The position numbers and the translations under genes were made by a program. The notes beneath the pieces were generated by a model. It worked only from the letters and a program-made list of their open reading frames with translations. It ran no database searches and was not told the DNA's origin. From Promethearchaeia archaeon (GTDB lineage: Archaea; Asgardarchaeota; Lokiarchaeia; Sigyniarchaeales; SOKP01), in contig JAHQWH010000210.1 in the NCBI GenBank assembly GCA_029856105.1, forward strand, positions 6,813 to 70,812: 64,000 bases of DNA, given 5' to 3'. Positions 26,796 through 36,495 of the stretch are shown here, in pieces (within the stretch, counting starts at the first letter, position 1; the number at the start of each line of letters is the position of its first letter).

Positions 26796-27218
26796 TTATT
26801 CTCCTATAATGGAACAGTAAATTTTTCTATGCCTAGATTTTTCGTCATTTTCAACGAAAATTACATTTTGCCAACTCCCTAGTATTAATTCCTCGTTTTT
26901 GAATGGAAATGTTTGAGATGTTTTAAGGAGAAAACTCCTTAAATGACCGGCACCGTTATGATCGTGCCATGTTTTATGATGTGCATAATTTTTATCGTAT
27001 GGAATTAGTTTTTCAAGTAGATCTTTAATATCATGCTTAACAATCCCGGGCTCATACTCAGTTGTGGAAATAGCTCCAGTAGATCCGGCAACATGTACGT
27101 TTACAATTCCATCTTTCAATCCACTTCTCTCAACCGCACTTTGAACTTGAGGTGTAATATTTATTACATCGCAATAAGCTTTCGTTTTTATTTCAAATGT
27201 TTCTAATACAACCGTCAC
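26796..27218 (-). CDS. YjbQ/UPF0047 family protein (secondary thiamine-phosphate synthase-like)
   Basis: 140 aa. VHVAGSTGAISTTEYEPG, NGAGHLRSFLL and LGSWQNVIFVE blocks are typical of UPF0047. Confidence 0.7.
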   Translation of the reverse strand: MTVVLETFEIKTKAYCDVINITPQVQSAVERSGLKDGIVNVHVAGSTGAISTTEYEPGIVKHDIKDLLEKLIPYDKNYAHHKTWHDHNGAGHLRSFLLKTSQTFPFKNEELILGSWQNVIFVENDEKSRHRKIYCSIIGE

Positions 27219-27317
27219 GATTTCTTCTCCTTTTTCTTTCTTTTCAATAATAAATTTAATTAATTATCTTAATTTAAGCTATTTATAACTTAGCACTTTT
27301 TATCGTTTTGAATCAAA

Positions 27318-27737
27318 ATGAATGACAAGCTAAAGGAATTTTTAAAAAAAATACACGATCCTAAAAATAATCTTCCAATTTATGCTACAATAATTGTACG
27401 CCCCGGTAAGAACATACTTGAATTCAAAATTAAAAAAGAAGAAGCAAATATTTTAAAAATAATTGCTCACGAAGAAAAAACTACAGGCTGGTTTACTCAT
27501 TCTTTTCATATCCCAATAAAAAATTTAGGACTTTCGGTTGACTCTAAAAATAAAGATATTCTAGCACATTTATCTAATCCAAACAAGATACCAACTAAAG
27601 CAACCAAAGCTTATGTTGAAGATATTTTAAGGAACTACATTGATATTTTACCTGAGAAAAAGAAACACTACTTTAAAACACAGAGGTATAAGAAAAAGAA
27701 AGAAATGCAAACTGGCGTTAAATTAAAAGGATTTTAA
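27318..27737 (+). CDS. Hypothetical protein with a basic C-terminus
   Basis: 139-aa ORF with an ATG start. No motif recognised. Confidence 0.4.
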   Translation: MNDKLKEFLKKIHDPKNNLPIYATIIVRPGKNILEFKIKKEEANILKIIAHEEKTTGWFTHSFHIPIKNLGLSVDSKNKDILAHLSNPNKIPTKATKAYVEDILRNYIDILPEKKKHYFKTQRYKKKKEMQTGVKLKGF

Positions 27738-28076
27738 TTATTTTATTTTGCTCCTTGGCGGGATAACTTTTCCATTTCGCTCATCTATTTTTAACAAAAA
27801 AGGTTCGTTATTAAAATCCGCAGCTAAAAGCATTCCTTGGCTTTCTAAGCCCATAATTTTTTTTGATTTAAGATTCGTTAAGATAACAATCTTCTCGTTA
27901 ACTAATTCCTCTGGCGAATAATAGCTGGAAATTCCTGTTATAATCTGTCTCAACTTATCCTCTCCACAATCTACTGTTAGTCTATAAAGAGTCTTAGACT
28001 TTGTAATACATTCACAAGTTTTAATTAATCCGACTTTTAAATCTAATTTAGTAAAATCTTTGTAATCAATTACCAT
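27738..28076 (-). CDS. tRNA-binding domain protein (CsaA/EMAP-II-like OB fold)
   Basis: FTKLDLKVGLIKTCE ... GLESQGMLLAA pattern of the tRNA_bind domain. 112 aa. Confidence 0.75.
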   Translation of the reverse strand: MVIDYKDFTKLDLKVGLIKTCECITKSKTLYRLTVDCGEDKLRQIITGISSYYSPEELVNEKIVILTNLKSKKIMGLESQGMLLAADFNNEPFLLKIDERNGKVIPPRSKIK

Positions 28077-28082
28077 TATTTA

Positions 28083-28949
28083 TCAACCTCGTAAGGGCAT
28101 TCCATTCAATTCGACGAACTCGTCTCGCTTTGGTTTTTTTTCTCGATATGGATTTCTAACATCTTGAATTTTTCTAGCAAATGTCATGTAGCCCGTATGC
28201 CCAATCATTCGAACTTCAGGATGAGTTGCATTTTCTTTCACTTGAAATTTTCTTTTACTCAATTCGTATGTATTTATTTCATAAAATCCGTTTTCTTGTA
28301 GAGCAAAAGTTGTTTTTTTAACTTGTTCTATAGCAGGTGAAAATGACACAAAGGTTCCACTAAGTTTTAGATAACTCTTAATTTTTTCAACAGCCTTCCA
28401 GGGTTGTGGCATATCTAAAACAACTGAGTCAACATTAGTATGGCCAAGATCGTCATTTAAAATATCTCCGAATTGGATTGAGACAAAATCTTGTAAATTT
28501 GCGTTAATAACATTCCTTTGAGCTCGTTTTAGACTTTTTTCTCTGATATCATACGAAAATATATGTCCCTCTGGTCTCACATAATTTCCTAAAATACATG
28601 TTAATGCTCCCGAACCACACCCAGCTTCAACAACCTTACTGCCCGGACCAATCCCTGTGTATATTAAAATTAATCCTGCGTCTTCCGGATAAATTATTTG
28701 AGTTTTACGGCTCATGTAAGTTACATAATCAGAAGGTAAAGGTTTAAAAATGTAAAATTTATATCCTTGAGTTTCATAAGGTCGAGAAAAGATTACAGAA
28801 CCAAAAGATTTTCCTATTAGATCATCAAACTTTATGATTCCTTTATGTGTGTGGAATTCCCCCCCAGATTCTACCTTGACCAACCACTTCCTTCGGTCAT
28901 CAAGAATTAGGTAGATTAAATCATTTTCTTTTATTATCTCTTCAGTCAT
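28083..28949 (-). CDS. trmI: tRNA (adenine-N1)-methyltransferase, TrmI/Gcd14 family
   Basis: Small N-terminal beta domain, then IIYPEDAGLILIYTGIGPGSKVVEAGCGSGALT (SAM motif I) and VVLDMPQPW. Confidence 0.8.
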   Translation of the reverse strand: MTEEIIKENDLIYLILDDRRKWLVKVESGGEFHTHKGIIKFDDLIGKSFGSVIFSRPYETQGYKFYIFKPLPSDYVTYMSRKTQIIYPEDAGLILIYTGIGPGSKVVEAGCGSGALTCILGNYVRPEGHIFSYDIREKSLKRAQRNVINANLQDFVSIQFGDILNDDLGHTNVDSVVLDMPQPWKAVEKIKSYLKLSGTFVSFSPAIEQVKKTTFALQENGFYEINTYELSKRKFQVKENATHPEVRMIGHTGYMTFARKIQDVRNPYREKKPKRDEFVELNGMPLRG

Positions 28950-29143
28950 AATTAATCTCTTTTCTAAAACTCTAGTTTTTCCAATAATATTTAAATTGTT
29001 CTAATAATTTCGGCGCCATTAATTTTACAAAATTGTATCTTTTTTATAACATTTAACAAAAAATATAAAATATATGCATAATTGATAGAATCTATCATTG
29101 TTTATGTAACCTTTTTTATAAATACTCGTTAATGATTTAATCT

Positions 29144-30064
29144 ATGAGTAGTGCCAACAAAAATACATCTCAAATTTCAAAAATCTCTTTTAAAGAACTT
29201 CAAATTCAAATTGAAGAATTTAGGCAAAAACGAGATGATTTAAACAAAAAAACTAAAAAATATATTACCGAATTACAAGAAATTGACGGTAAAATCGAGG
29301 ACTACTTAAAAGTTGTGAAAGATGATTATAAGAAAAAGCGCGATTATTGGAACGATAAGGTAAAGAAATTAAAAGACAAAAAAATAGAATACAAGCAATT
29401 ATTAGATAAATGCATCGATGAAGGAAAAGTCCTTTTGAAAAAAAGCAAAAAGGGAAAAGATACAAAGAAATTTATCTCTATTAAACAAATCGATAAGAAG
29501 ATAGATAATCTTGAAAGAAGAATTGAAATTGAAAATTTAGAGATTGTAGAAGAAAATGCAATTGTTGACAAAATTAGAGAATTAGCTAAAATTAAACATG
29601 ACTTCTTTGATGAGCAACAGAACAGTGATTACCTTAGAATTGAGCGTAAAATCAAAATTGTTAAAATTAATTTAAATAAGATTTATGAGCAACTAAGTAA
29701 ATGGTCTAATAAATCTCAAAATTACCATGCCAAAATGCATGAAACCTATGAAACAATTAACGAATTAAGAGAGAAAAAGAAAACTCTTGAAGAAGAGTTG
29801 ATCGAAAATAAAAAAGCAGCAGACGGATACCACGAACAATTATTGCGAGTTATGGATAAGAGAAAAAAAATATCAAAAGGAAAACGACCAAATTATTCCA
29901 CTAAAAGTAAGTCAAAAACGCCGTATAGAAAGAATACAAGAAAAAACTATGAGCTTGAAAAGTTAAAGCGAGACAAACTAGCTGTTGCGTTAGAAAAACA
30001 AAAGGCGGGTAAAAAACTAAACCTTTTTGAAGCTCGATTAATCCTCGAGCAACCTAAAGATTAA
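29144..30064 (+). CDS. Lys/Glu-rich coiled-coil protein (archaeal coiled-coil family, function unknown)
   Basis: 306 aa, heptad-like and K/E-rich throughout, with a basic patch near the C-terminus. The antisense ORFs at 29265..29571 are low-complexity mirrors of it. Confidence 0.6.
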   Translation: MSSANKNTSQISKISFKELQIQIEEFRQKRDDLNKKTKKYITELQEIDGKIEDYLKVVKDDYKKKRDYWNDKVKKLKDKKIEYKQLLDKCIDEGKVLLKKSKKGKDTKKFISIKQIDKKIDNLERRIEIENLEIVEENAIVDKIRELAKIKHDFFDEQQNSDYLRIERKIKIVKINLNKIYEQLSKWSNKSQNYHAKMHETYETINELREKKKTLEEELIENKKAADGYHEQLLRVMDKRKKISKGKRPNYSTKSKSKTPYRKNTRKNYELEKLKRDKLAVALEKQKAGKKLNLFEARLILEQPKD

Positions 30065-30325
30065 TTTAAGATTTAGGTTAAAAATTATTCATTGTTATGA
30101 TTACTTTTAATTGATTATGGAACAAATTCATAAATAGATTTATTTTTTCACTTTGTTTATCTTAATTTTCTAAATATTTTTTTGACAAATCTAATTGTAA
30201 TATAATCCAAATTTCAAACATATAGATAAAGTTCTTAGAAATTTGTCGTAAGATTTAAAATTATTTGCATTTTATTATAATTCAATAACTACTTTAAAAT
30301 TCCAAAAAAAAAGATTTGATAAAAT

Positions 30326-31654
30326 TTGAAAAAGAAAGCCGAAGAAATTAGAAATATATTAATTAAACATGGTGAGTTCTTTCAAAATGCAATTCCACTC
30401 ATAGCTTCCGAAAATATCACTAGTCCTGCCGTAGATGAAGCTTGTAATTCTGATTTTTCTCATAGATACGCAGAGGGGTGGGTTGGACAACGCGTTTACG
30501 CGGGATGTAAATATATCGATATGGTTGAAGACATCTGTATGGAACTTGCAAAGGAATATTTTAAATGCGTCCATGCCGATGTAAGGCCTATTTCGGGCGT
30601 TGTTGCTAACCTAGCAATGTATAACGCATTTACATCAGATAATAATGGTAAAATGTTAATAATGCCAATTCCAAAGGGGGGGCACATCTCTCACGCACCC
30701 AAATTCACAAAAAGTGGGATGGCAATTTATGGAACTGCGGGAACCGTACGAGGGTTGAATATTGAATACATGGCTTTTGATAACGACGAGATGAACATAG
30801 ATCCTGATGCAACTGCAAAAATTATAAGGGAGGTTAAACCCGAAATGGTTTTATTTGGTGGTTCAGTGTTTCTTTTTCCCCATCCTGTCAAGGAACTTAG
30901 TGATGTAGCAAAAGAAGTGGGCGCTAATGTAGGTTATGACGCTGCTCATGTGGCAGGCTTGATTGGTTCAGGTTACTTTCAAGATCCTTTGAATGAAGGG
31001 GCGGATGCAATGACGTTAAGCACGCATAAGACCCTTCCAGGGCCTCAACATGGCGCTCTTCTATCAAATCGAGAAGATTTAATCGATACATTAAGATTGT
31101 GTACCTTTCCTGCTTTATTATCTAACCATCACTTACATAACGTGGCTGGATTAGCTATAACATTAGCGGAAATGCTAGAATTTGGTAGAGAATATCATAA
31201 AAATGTTATTGATAACGCTAAAGCTTTAGGTCAAGCTTTATATGAAAGGGGTATAAATGTAATAATGGAACATAAAGGTTTCACGGAATCTCATCAAATA
31301 GTTGTCGATATAACTAATTTTGAGAAAACTATAGGTTTAGGAGGAGATATTGAAAGATTAGTAGAAGAAGCAAATATCGTCATTAATAGAAACCTCTTAC
31401 CGTGGGATATCGCGCAAGGACGTCACTATCAAAACCCAGGCGGTTTAAGATTAGGAACTTCAGAAGTTACCCGTCTTGGAATGGGCAAAAGTGAAATGGT
31501 AGATATAGCAGAATTTTTCAAAGATTTGTTGATTGACAAAAAGGATCCTAAGAAAGTCAAACAAGATGTATTGGAGTTTAGAAAAGATTTTCAAGAAATT
31601 AAGTATTGTTTTCAATCTCCAAATAAAGCGCATGAATACATGAAATTTTACTAA
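30326..31654 (+). CDS. glyA: Serine hydroxymethyltransferase
   Basis: LIASENITSPAV, the PLP-lysine block LSTHKTLPGPQHG, and the HHLHNVAGLA block. TTG start as in the ORF track. Confidence 0.9.
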   Translation: MKKKAEEIRNILIKHGEFFQNAIPLIASENITSPAVDEACNSDFSHRYAEGWVGQRVYAGCKYIDMVEDICMELAKEYFKCVHADVRPISGVVANLAMYNAFTSDNNGKMLIMPIPKGGHISHAPKFTKSGMAIYGTAGTVRGLNIEYMAFDNDEMNIDPDATAKIIREVKPEMVLFGGSVFLFPHPVKELSDVAKEVGANVGYDAAHVAGLIGSGYFQDPLNEGADAMTLSTHKTLPGPQHGALLSNREDLIDTLRLCTFPALLSNHHLHNVAGLAITLAEMLEFGREYHKNVIDNAKALGQALYERGINVIMEHKGFTESHQIVVDITNFEKTIGLGGDIERLVEEANIVINRNLLPWDIAQGRHYQNPGGLRLGTSEVTRLGMGKSEMVDIAEFFKDLLIDKKDPKKVKQDVLEFRKDFQEIKYCFQSPNKAHEYMKFY

Positions 31655-31854
31655 TTATTTTTTTATTTTATAAATGTTTAATTACTCAAGACTTAATTCC
31701 ATTTCTTTGTCTGAATTCCCCGAGTATTAGTCTTTTATCATTTTAAAACCTTTTTGATTGTAAACTTCTAAACACATTTTTCAATATGCGAAAATATTTA
31801 TAAAGCAATTTAAAATAATATAACTTATAATGAAATCCGGGTTATAATGAAATT

Positions 31855-32838
31855 ATGATCTCTAATCAACAAGATAATATTGAAGATTATTATATTTGGA
31901 CAAATAAATTCACAAAAGTTTATGGAACTGGTACAAAAAGAATAGTAGCTGTAGATGGAATTGATTTTAGTATGAAATCAGGAGTTCATGGATTTTTAGG
32001 CCCAAATGGTGCTGGAAAGACATCAACAATTAACATGTTAATTGGAGCTATTTCAATTACTGAAGGAGATGCTTTCCTAATGGGTAAAAAGGCTGGTACT
32101 AAAAAAGCTAGAGAATTTATAGGATTTCTTCCACAAGATCCTGCTTTTTATGAAAAACTTTCGGGATTAGAATATCTAATTTTTTTAGCACGTTTGAATT
32201 CGATTCCTAAAAACATTGCAAAACAAAAAGCACTGAATTTACTGAAGTTTTTTGATTTGATGGAAGAAAAGGATAGGAAAATCAAGACTTATTCTATGGG
32301 CATGAAACAGAAAATTGGATTAGCAGCCGGATTAATACATAATCCTAAACTCTTAATTTTAGATGAACCTACTAGCAACTTAGACCCTCTCGTAAGAAAA
32401 AAAATTATTGATTATGTGAGGAAAATCTCAAAAGATATGAGTATTTTTATTTCAAGTCATGTACTTTCTGAAGTCGAACAAATGTGTGATAGAGTCACCA
32501 TCATCAATAAGGGGAAGATCATATTAACTGATACTGTACAAAATGTTAAAAATTGGTTTTCTAGTTCTACTAATCTCTATGTAATTGATACCAATTCTAA
32601 TGAGACATTCCTATCCGTGATTAAAGGATTAGAAATGGTTACAAATGCTTGGATTGATGAAAAAGAAAAAAAAATTTATATCAATACTAATGATGTCAAA
32701 CAATTTCAAAAGGAAATACCAAAATTAATTATCGAAAAGGAATTAATTCTAAAATCTTTTTATCAACCCGAATCAAGTCTTCAAGATGTATTTTTGGAAA
32801 TTATAAATAAGGACGAGGGAAAACATAATGGGTTATAA
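31855..32838 (+). CDS. ABC transporter ATP-binding protein
   Basis: Walker A GPNGAGKTS, signature YSMGMKQKI, Walker B LLILDEPT, H-loop SSHVL. Confidence 0.9.
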   Translation: MISNQQDNIEDYYIWTNKFTKVYGTGTKRIVAVDGIDFSMKSGVHGFLGPNGAGKTSTINMLIGAISITEGDAFLMGKKAGTKKAREFIGFLPQDPAFYEKLSGLEYLIFLARLNSIPKNIAKQKALNLLKFFDLMEEKDRKIKTYSMGMKQKIGLAAGLIHNPKLLILDEPTSNLDPLVRKKIIDYVRKISKDMSIFISSHVLSEVEQMCDRVTIINKGKIILTDTVQNVKNWFSSSTNLYVIDTNSNETFLSVIKGLEMVTNAWIDEKEKKIYINTNDVKQFQKEIPKLIIEKELILKSFYQPESSLQDVFLEIINKDEGKHNGL

Positions 32839-33829
32839 AATTATAAGAGCTGAAATGGGGGAAGAAACAACGAATAATGTAAATATGAAGGGCGAGAAAT
32901 CGGGGAAAATAATGAATTTAACAACAACAACAGCCGTTATTCTTTTTAAAAAAACATTATTTAAAGACATGTTTAAAATTCCTAAAGTACTCGTTTCTAT
33001 CTTTCTCATGATTTTTGGTCCTTTAATGGCTATTCTTACTATTCCTACAGGTATTGAATTTTATTACAATTCATTAAATGATTTTCTTGGTTTAACTTAT
33101 AGCTTTTACACATACTGTATGATGTTTCCAATTATACTTACTGTTGTTGGTGCTCCCCTTATTGCAGAAGAGTTGAAATCTGGAACAATGTTAACACTCA
33201 TAAGTAAACCAATTTCAAGAGGAGGAATTTTGATTACAAAATATTTAGCACTTACTTGTTTCGGGTTTTTAATTAATATAGTATCGTTATCTCTAATAAC
33301 ATTAATCGCTCCATTGAAATATGCCTTTGAGGGTGTAGCAGATTTCTTCATTATAAATCTACTCTTTTCTCTAATAATTCAATTCTTCTTTCAGAGCATC
33401 GCATTTAGTTTTTCTTGTTTATTTAAAAAGACACGAAATGCAATATTAATGCCTTTATTGATTATTATTATTACTTTTTTTGTATTAATGACTTTTCGAC
33501 CTCTATTTATGTATATGTATTTGGATGATAGTGAAGTTCCAATATATATCCAATTTCAATTGTTCCATTTTGATTTGGGCTATCATTTGTTTAATGCATA
33601 TATAGGGCTTATAAATATCATTTCAGGGGGGGTTTCTGAGAATATGATGTATTTCCTTTACATGTTTGGTTTATATACTCAAGAAATTGATTTTGACACA
33701 TGGGAGTACACTTTTACTCGCAATGATTTTTATTCACCTTTAGGATCCTTAATTTTTTTACTCTCAATAGCTATTGGGTTAATGTTTTTAGGATACTTCC
33801 TCTTTAAAAAGCGAGATATCTCGAGATAA
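32828..33829 (+). CDS. ABC-2 type transporter permease (start uncertain)
   Basis: Overlaps the ATPase stop and has multiple hydrophobic helices. Several in-frame Met codons within the first 30 codons could be the true start. Confidence 0.65.
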   Translation: MGYKIIRAEMGEETTNNVNMKGEKSGKIMNLTTTTAVILFKKTLFKDMFKIPKVLVSIFLMIFGPLMAILTIPTGIEFYYNSLNDFLGLTYSFYTYCMMFPIILTVVGAPLIAEELKSGTMLTLISKPISRGGILITKYLALTCFGFLINIVSLSLITLIAPLKYAFEGVADFFIINLLFSLIIQFFFQSIAFSFSCLFKKTRNAILMPLLIIIITFFVLMTFRPLFMYMYLDDSEVPIYIQFQLFHFDLGYHLFNAYIGLINIISGGVSENMMYFLYMFGLYTQEIDFDTWEYTFTRNDFYSPLGSLIFLLSIAIGLMFLGYFLFKKRDISR

Positions 33830-33979
33830 TAATTTTTTCTTATTTAAATTAATTAATCATATGAAATTTTTTTAATTATTTTATTTACTTTTTTTAACTT
33901 AAATAGTAAAATTTATCTTAAATTACATATTTCTACAAGTAATTATACAATATTTACAAAAGTATGAGATATAAGTACT

Positions 33980-34819
33980 ATGAGCCCTCTAAAACTCGAT
34001 GTTCTTAAAGAAAGTGAGCATAAAATAGTATTTTTAACAGAAGGTATTTCTATTGAAATGATTAATGCTATAAGGCGAATATTACTAACTGAGATTCCTG
34101 TTATGGCAATTGATGAAATTATCATCTTAAAAAATGATAGCCCGCTTTACGACGAGATTCTTTCTCATAGGCTGGGTTTAATTCCTCTGAAAACAGATTT
34201 AGAGGCATATAAGCTACCTCACGAGTGCGATTGTTTAGGATATGGATGTCCCTTATGCCAGGTCTCTTTAACGTGCGAAATTACAAATACTACTAATGCG
34301 CCATTAGAGATTTACTCGGGTGATTTAAATTCGAACGACCCTAAGATCGTACCAGTTGATCCATACATCCCAATTGTCAATATTGATAAGAACGGTAAAG
34401 TTATTATTGAAGCTTACGCAATCTTAGGTTTCGCTAAAAACCACGCAAAGTGGCAAGCTGTATCAAATGTGGCTTACAGATATTATCCCATAGTTGAGTT
34501 TGATGCAAATGAGCTAAAGGACTCAGAGGAGAAAAAATTAATAGTTAAAATGTGCCCAGAAAAGCTATTTGAATTAAGTAACAATGATTCTTTAAAATTA
34601 AAAGAGGATTATTGGAAATCTTGCACTTTATGTATGTCTTGTGAGAAAAATAGTAATGGTAAGATTAAAGTAGTTCCAAAGAAAGACACTTATATCTTTT
34701 CAATAGAGAGCGATGGTGTTTTACCTTTTAATGTATTAATCAGAAAGGTTTTCGAGATTTTTAACGAAAAAACTGATGAATTTGTATTAAAATTAGAGGA
34801 ACTTGAGATAGAACCATAG
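33980..34819 (+). CDS. rpoD: DNA-directed RNA polymerase subunit D (Rpo3)
   Basis: INAIRRILLTEIPVMAIDEIIILKNDSPLYDEILSHRLGLIPL. Cys clusters CDCLGYGCPLC and CTLCMSCEK suggest a cluster-binding domain 3. Confidence 0.9.
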   Translation: MSPLKLDVLKESEHKIVFLTEGISIEMINAIRRILLTEIPVMAIDEIIILKNDSPLYDEILSHRLGLIPLKTDLEAYKLPHECDCLGYGCPLCQVSLTCEITNTTNAPLEIYSGDLNSNDPKIVPVDPYIPIVNIDKNGKVIIEAYAILGFAKNHAKWQAVSNVAYRYYPIVEFDANELKDSEEKKLIVKMCPEKLFELSNNDSLKLKEDYWKSCTLCMSCEKNSNGKIKVVPKKDTYIFSIESDGVLPFNVLIRKVFEIFNEKTDEFVLKLEELEIEP

Positions 34820-35201
34820 TCAATCAAGAAATTATTAAAAAATCATAAACCTTACAGATTATATTTAAATAATTAATGTTTTCGATTCTTTTTTACTTAT
34901 TTTGATGTCACATTTGTAATCTATATTTAGTCTTAATTATTCTACTTAAATTATTGTAGATTTGTTTTAGTTAAGATAACCCATACTATTTTGAATTAAA
35001 AAAATATTTTTTCTATTTGATTTCATAGAATGGACTGAATTTTGCCATCAAATAACCAAACAAATCGAGCTTTTGAAAAATTAGAACTTTAAATTTTATC
35101 TAAGCACTAATGGAAAAGACTTTCAAATTAATCGATAAAATATTTAAGTTTTGAGCAATTTTCAAGATTAATATTCTAAAATTTCAATAATTGAGCATAA
35201 A

Positions 35202-35558
35202 ATGAGTCATCGTATAAGCGGCCCTTCAAATTATTATAATAGAAGGTTAATTCGTGATTTATGGAAGACAAAAAGGCGAATTTGGAGAAAGGTCTCAAAA
35301 AAGCTGTCAGGACCTAGGAGTAATAGAGTAGAAGCAAATCTCTACCGAATCAATAAGAAAACTAAAGAAAACGATGTTATAGTGATTCCAGGTAAGGTAT
35401 TGTCACTTGGTGATTTAGATCATAAATTAACTATTGCGTGTTTAGATTGTTCTAAAACTGCTCGAAAAAAAATTGAAATTTCAGGGAGCAAACTCTTGTC
35501 AATTGAAGAATTGCTTAAACAAAATCCTGAAGGAAAAGAAGTAAAGGTATTTTACTGA
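35202..35558 (+). CDS. rpl18e: Ribosomal protein L18e (eL18 family)
   Basis: 118 aa, basic, NRRLIRDLWKT...RPRSNRVEANL...VIVIPGKVL pattern. Sits immediately upstream of L13-S9, as in the archaeal rpoD-L18e-L13-S9 cluster. Confidence 0.8.
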   Translation: MSHRISGPSNYYNRRLIRDLWKTKRRIWRKVSKKLSGPRSNRVEANLYRINKKTKENDVIVIPGKVLSLGDLDHKLTIACLDCSKTARKKIEISGSKLLSIEELLKQNPEGKEVKVFY

Positions 35559-35582
35559 ATATTTAAAACGAGAGAGATTTTA

Positions 35583-36053
35583 ATGCAAGAATATCTGTTA
35601 ATAGACGCGAAAAACAAGATTTTGGGAAGATTGTGTAGTCAGGTAGCTAAGAAAGCGCTATTAGGTGAGCAAATTATTATAATTAATGCTAAAGAAGCAA
35701 TAATTAGTGGTACTAAACGAAATATTCATGAAAAATATTTATCTAAACTCAATATTAGCACTGCTACAAATCCTAGAAGAGGCCCCTTCTGGCCAAGGCG
35801 ACCTGATACTTTCATGAGAAATATAATTAAAAAAATGCTCCCAACAAAGAAAATCCGAGGTAAAGACGCTCTTAAAAGGGTTCATGTATATATCGGAGCT
35901 ATTCCACACCGCTTCCAGAACAGATATCAAAAGTTAATTCCTACAGAGATACCTAATGCAGATAAGCAAAGACTCTCGTACTATAACAAATTTATAACCT
36001 TAGAAAACCTTTGCTCTCGAATTGGATGGAAAAATACACAAATTGAGGCTTAA
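35583..36053 (+). CDS. rpl13: Ribosomal protein L13 (uL13)
   Basis: LIDAKNKILGRLCSQVAK ... MLPTKKIRGKDALKRVHVY. Confidence 0.9.
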   Translation: MQEYLLIDAKNKILGRLCSQVAKKALLGEQIIIINAKEAIISGTKRNIHEKYLSKLNISTATNPRRGPFWPRRPDTFMRNIIKKMLPTKKIRGKDALKRVHVYIGAIPHRFQNRYQKLIPTEIPNADKQRLSYYNKFITLENLCSRIGWKNTQIEA

Positions 36054-36058
36054 ATACT

Positions 36059-36475
36059 ATGTCTGAAAGAACAAAAATAATTCAATCTTCTGGTAAAAGA
36101 AAAACGGCGATTGCTCGAGCCGTATTAAAATATCCTGCGAAAGGACAGATTAAAATTAACAACGTCCCTCTAAAAAATTATGAACCGGATATTGCTAGAA
36201 TGAGAATCCAAGAAGTTTTCGAAGTTATCGATCATCCCAAGTTAGAAAAATGTGATATCACTATACATGTAAAAGGTGGTGGGACAATGGGTCAAACAGA
36301 TGCCGTCCGTATTGCTATTGCTAAATCCATAAATAAATTTATTGGAACAAAAACTATTGAAAAAACCTTTAGAGAATATGACGAATCGTTGCTTTCGGGG
36401 GATTCAAGACGCACGGAGCCCAAACACTTCGGTGGAAAAAAAGCTCGCGCTCGAAGGCAAAAATCATTCAGATAA
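36059..36475 (+). CDS. rps9: Ribosomal protein S9 (uS9)
   Basis: GKRKTAIARA ... GGGTMGQTDAVRIAIAK ... RRTEPKHFGGKKARARRQKSFR. Confidence 0.9.
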   Translation: MSERTKIIQSSGKRKTAIARAVLKYPAKGQIKINNVPLKNYEPDIARMRIQEVFEVIDHPKLEKCDITIHVKGGGTMGQTDAVRIAIAKSINKFIGTKTIEKTFREYDESLLSGDSRRTEPKHFGGKKARARRQKSFR

Positions 36476-36495
36476 TTTATAATTCGTTTTACAAT

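Noticed and set aside
31825-31853. 12-bp direct repeat ttataatgaaat (31825..31836 and 31842..31853) immediately before the ABC ATPase start codon.
   Set aside because: It is very short and AT-rich. The first copy opens only a 5-codon ORF. It is probably a small slippage duplication of the start region, with no evidence of function.
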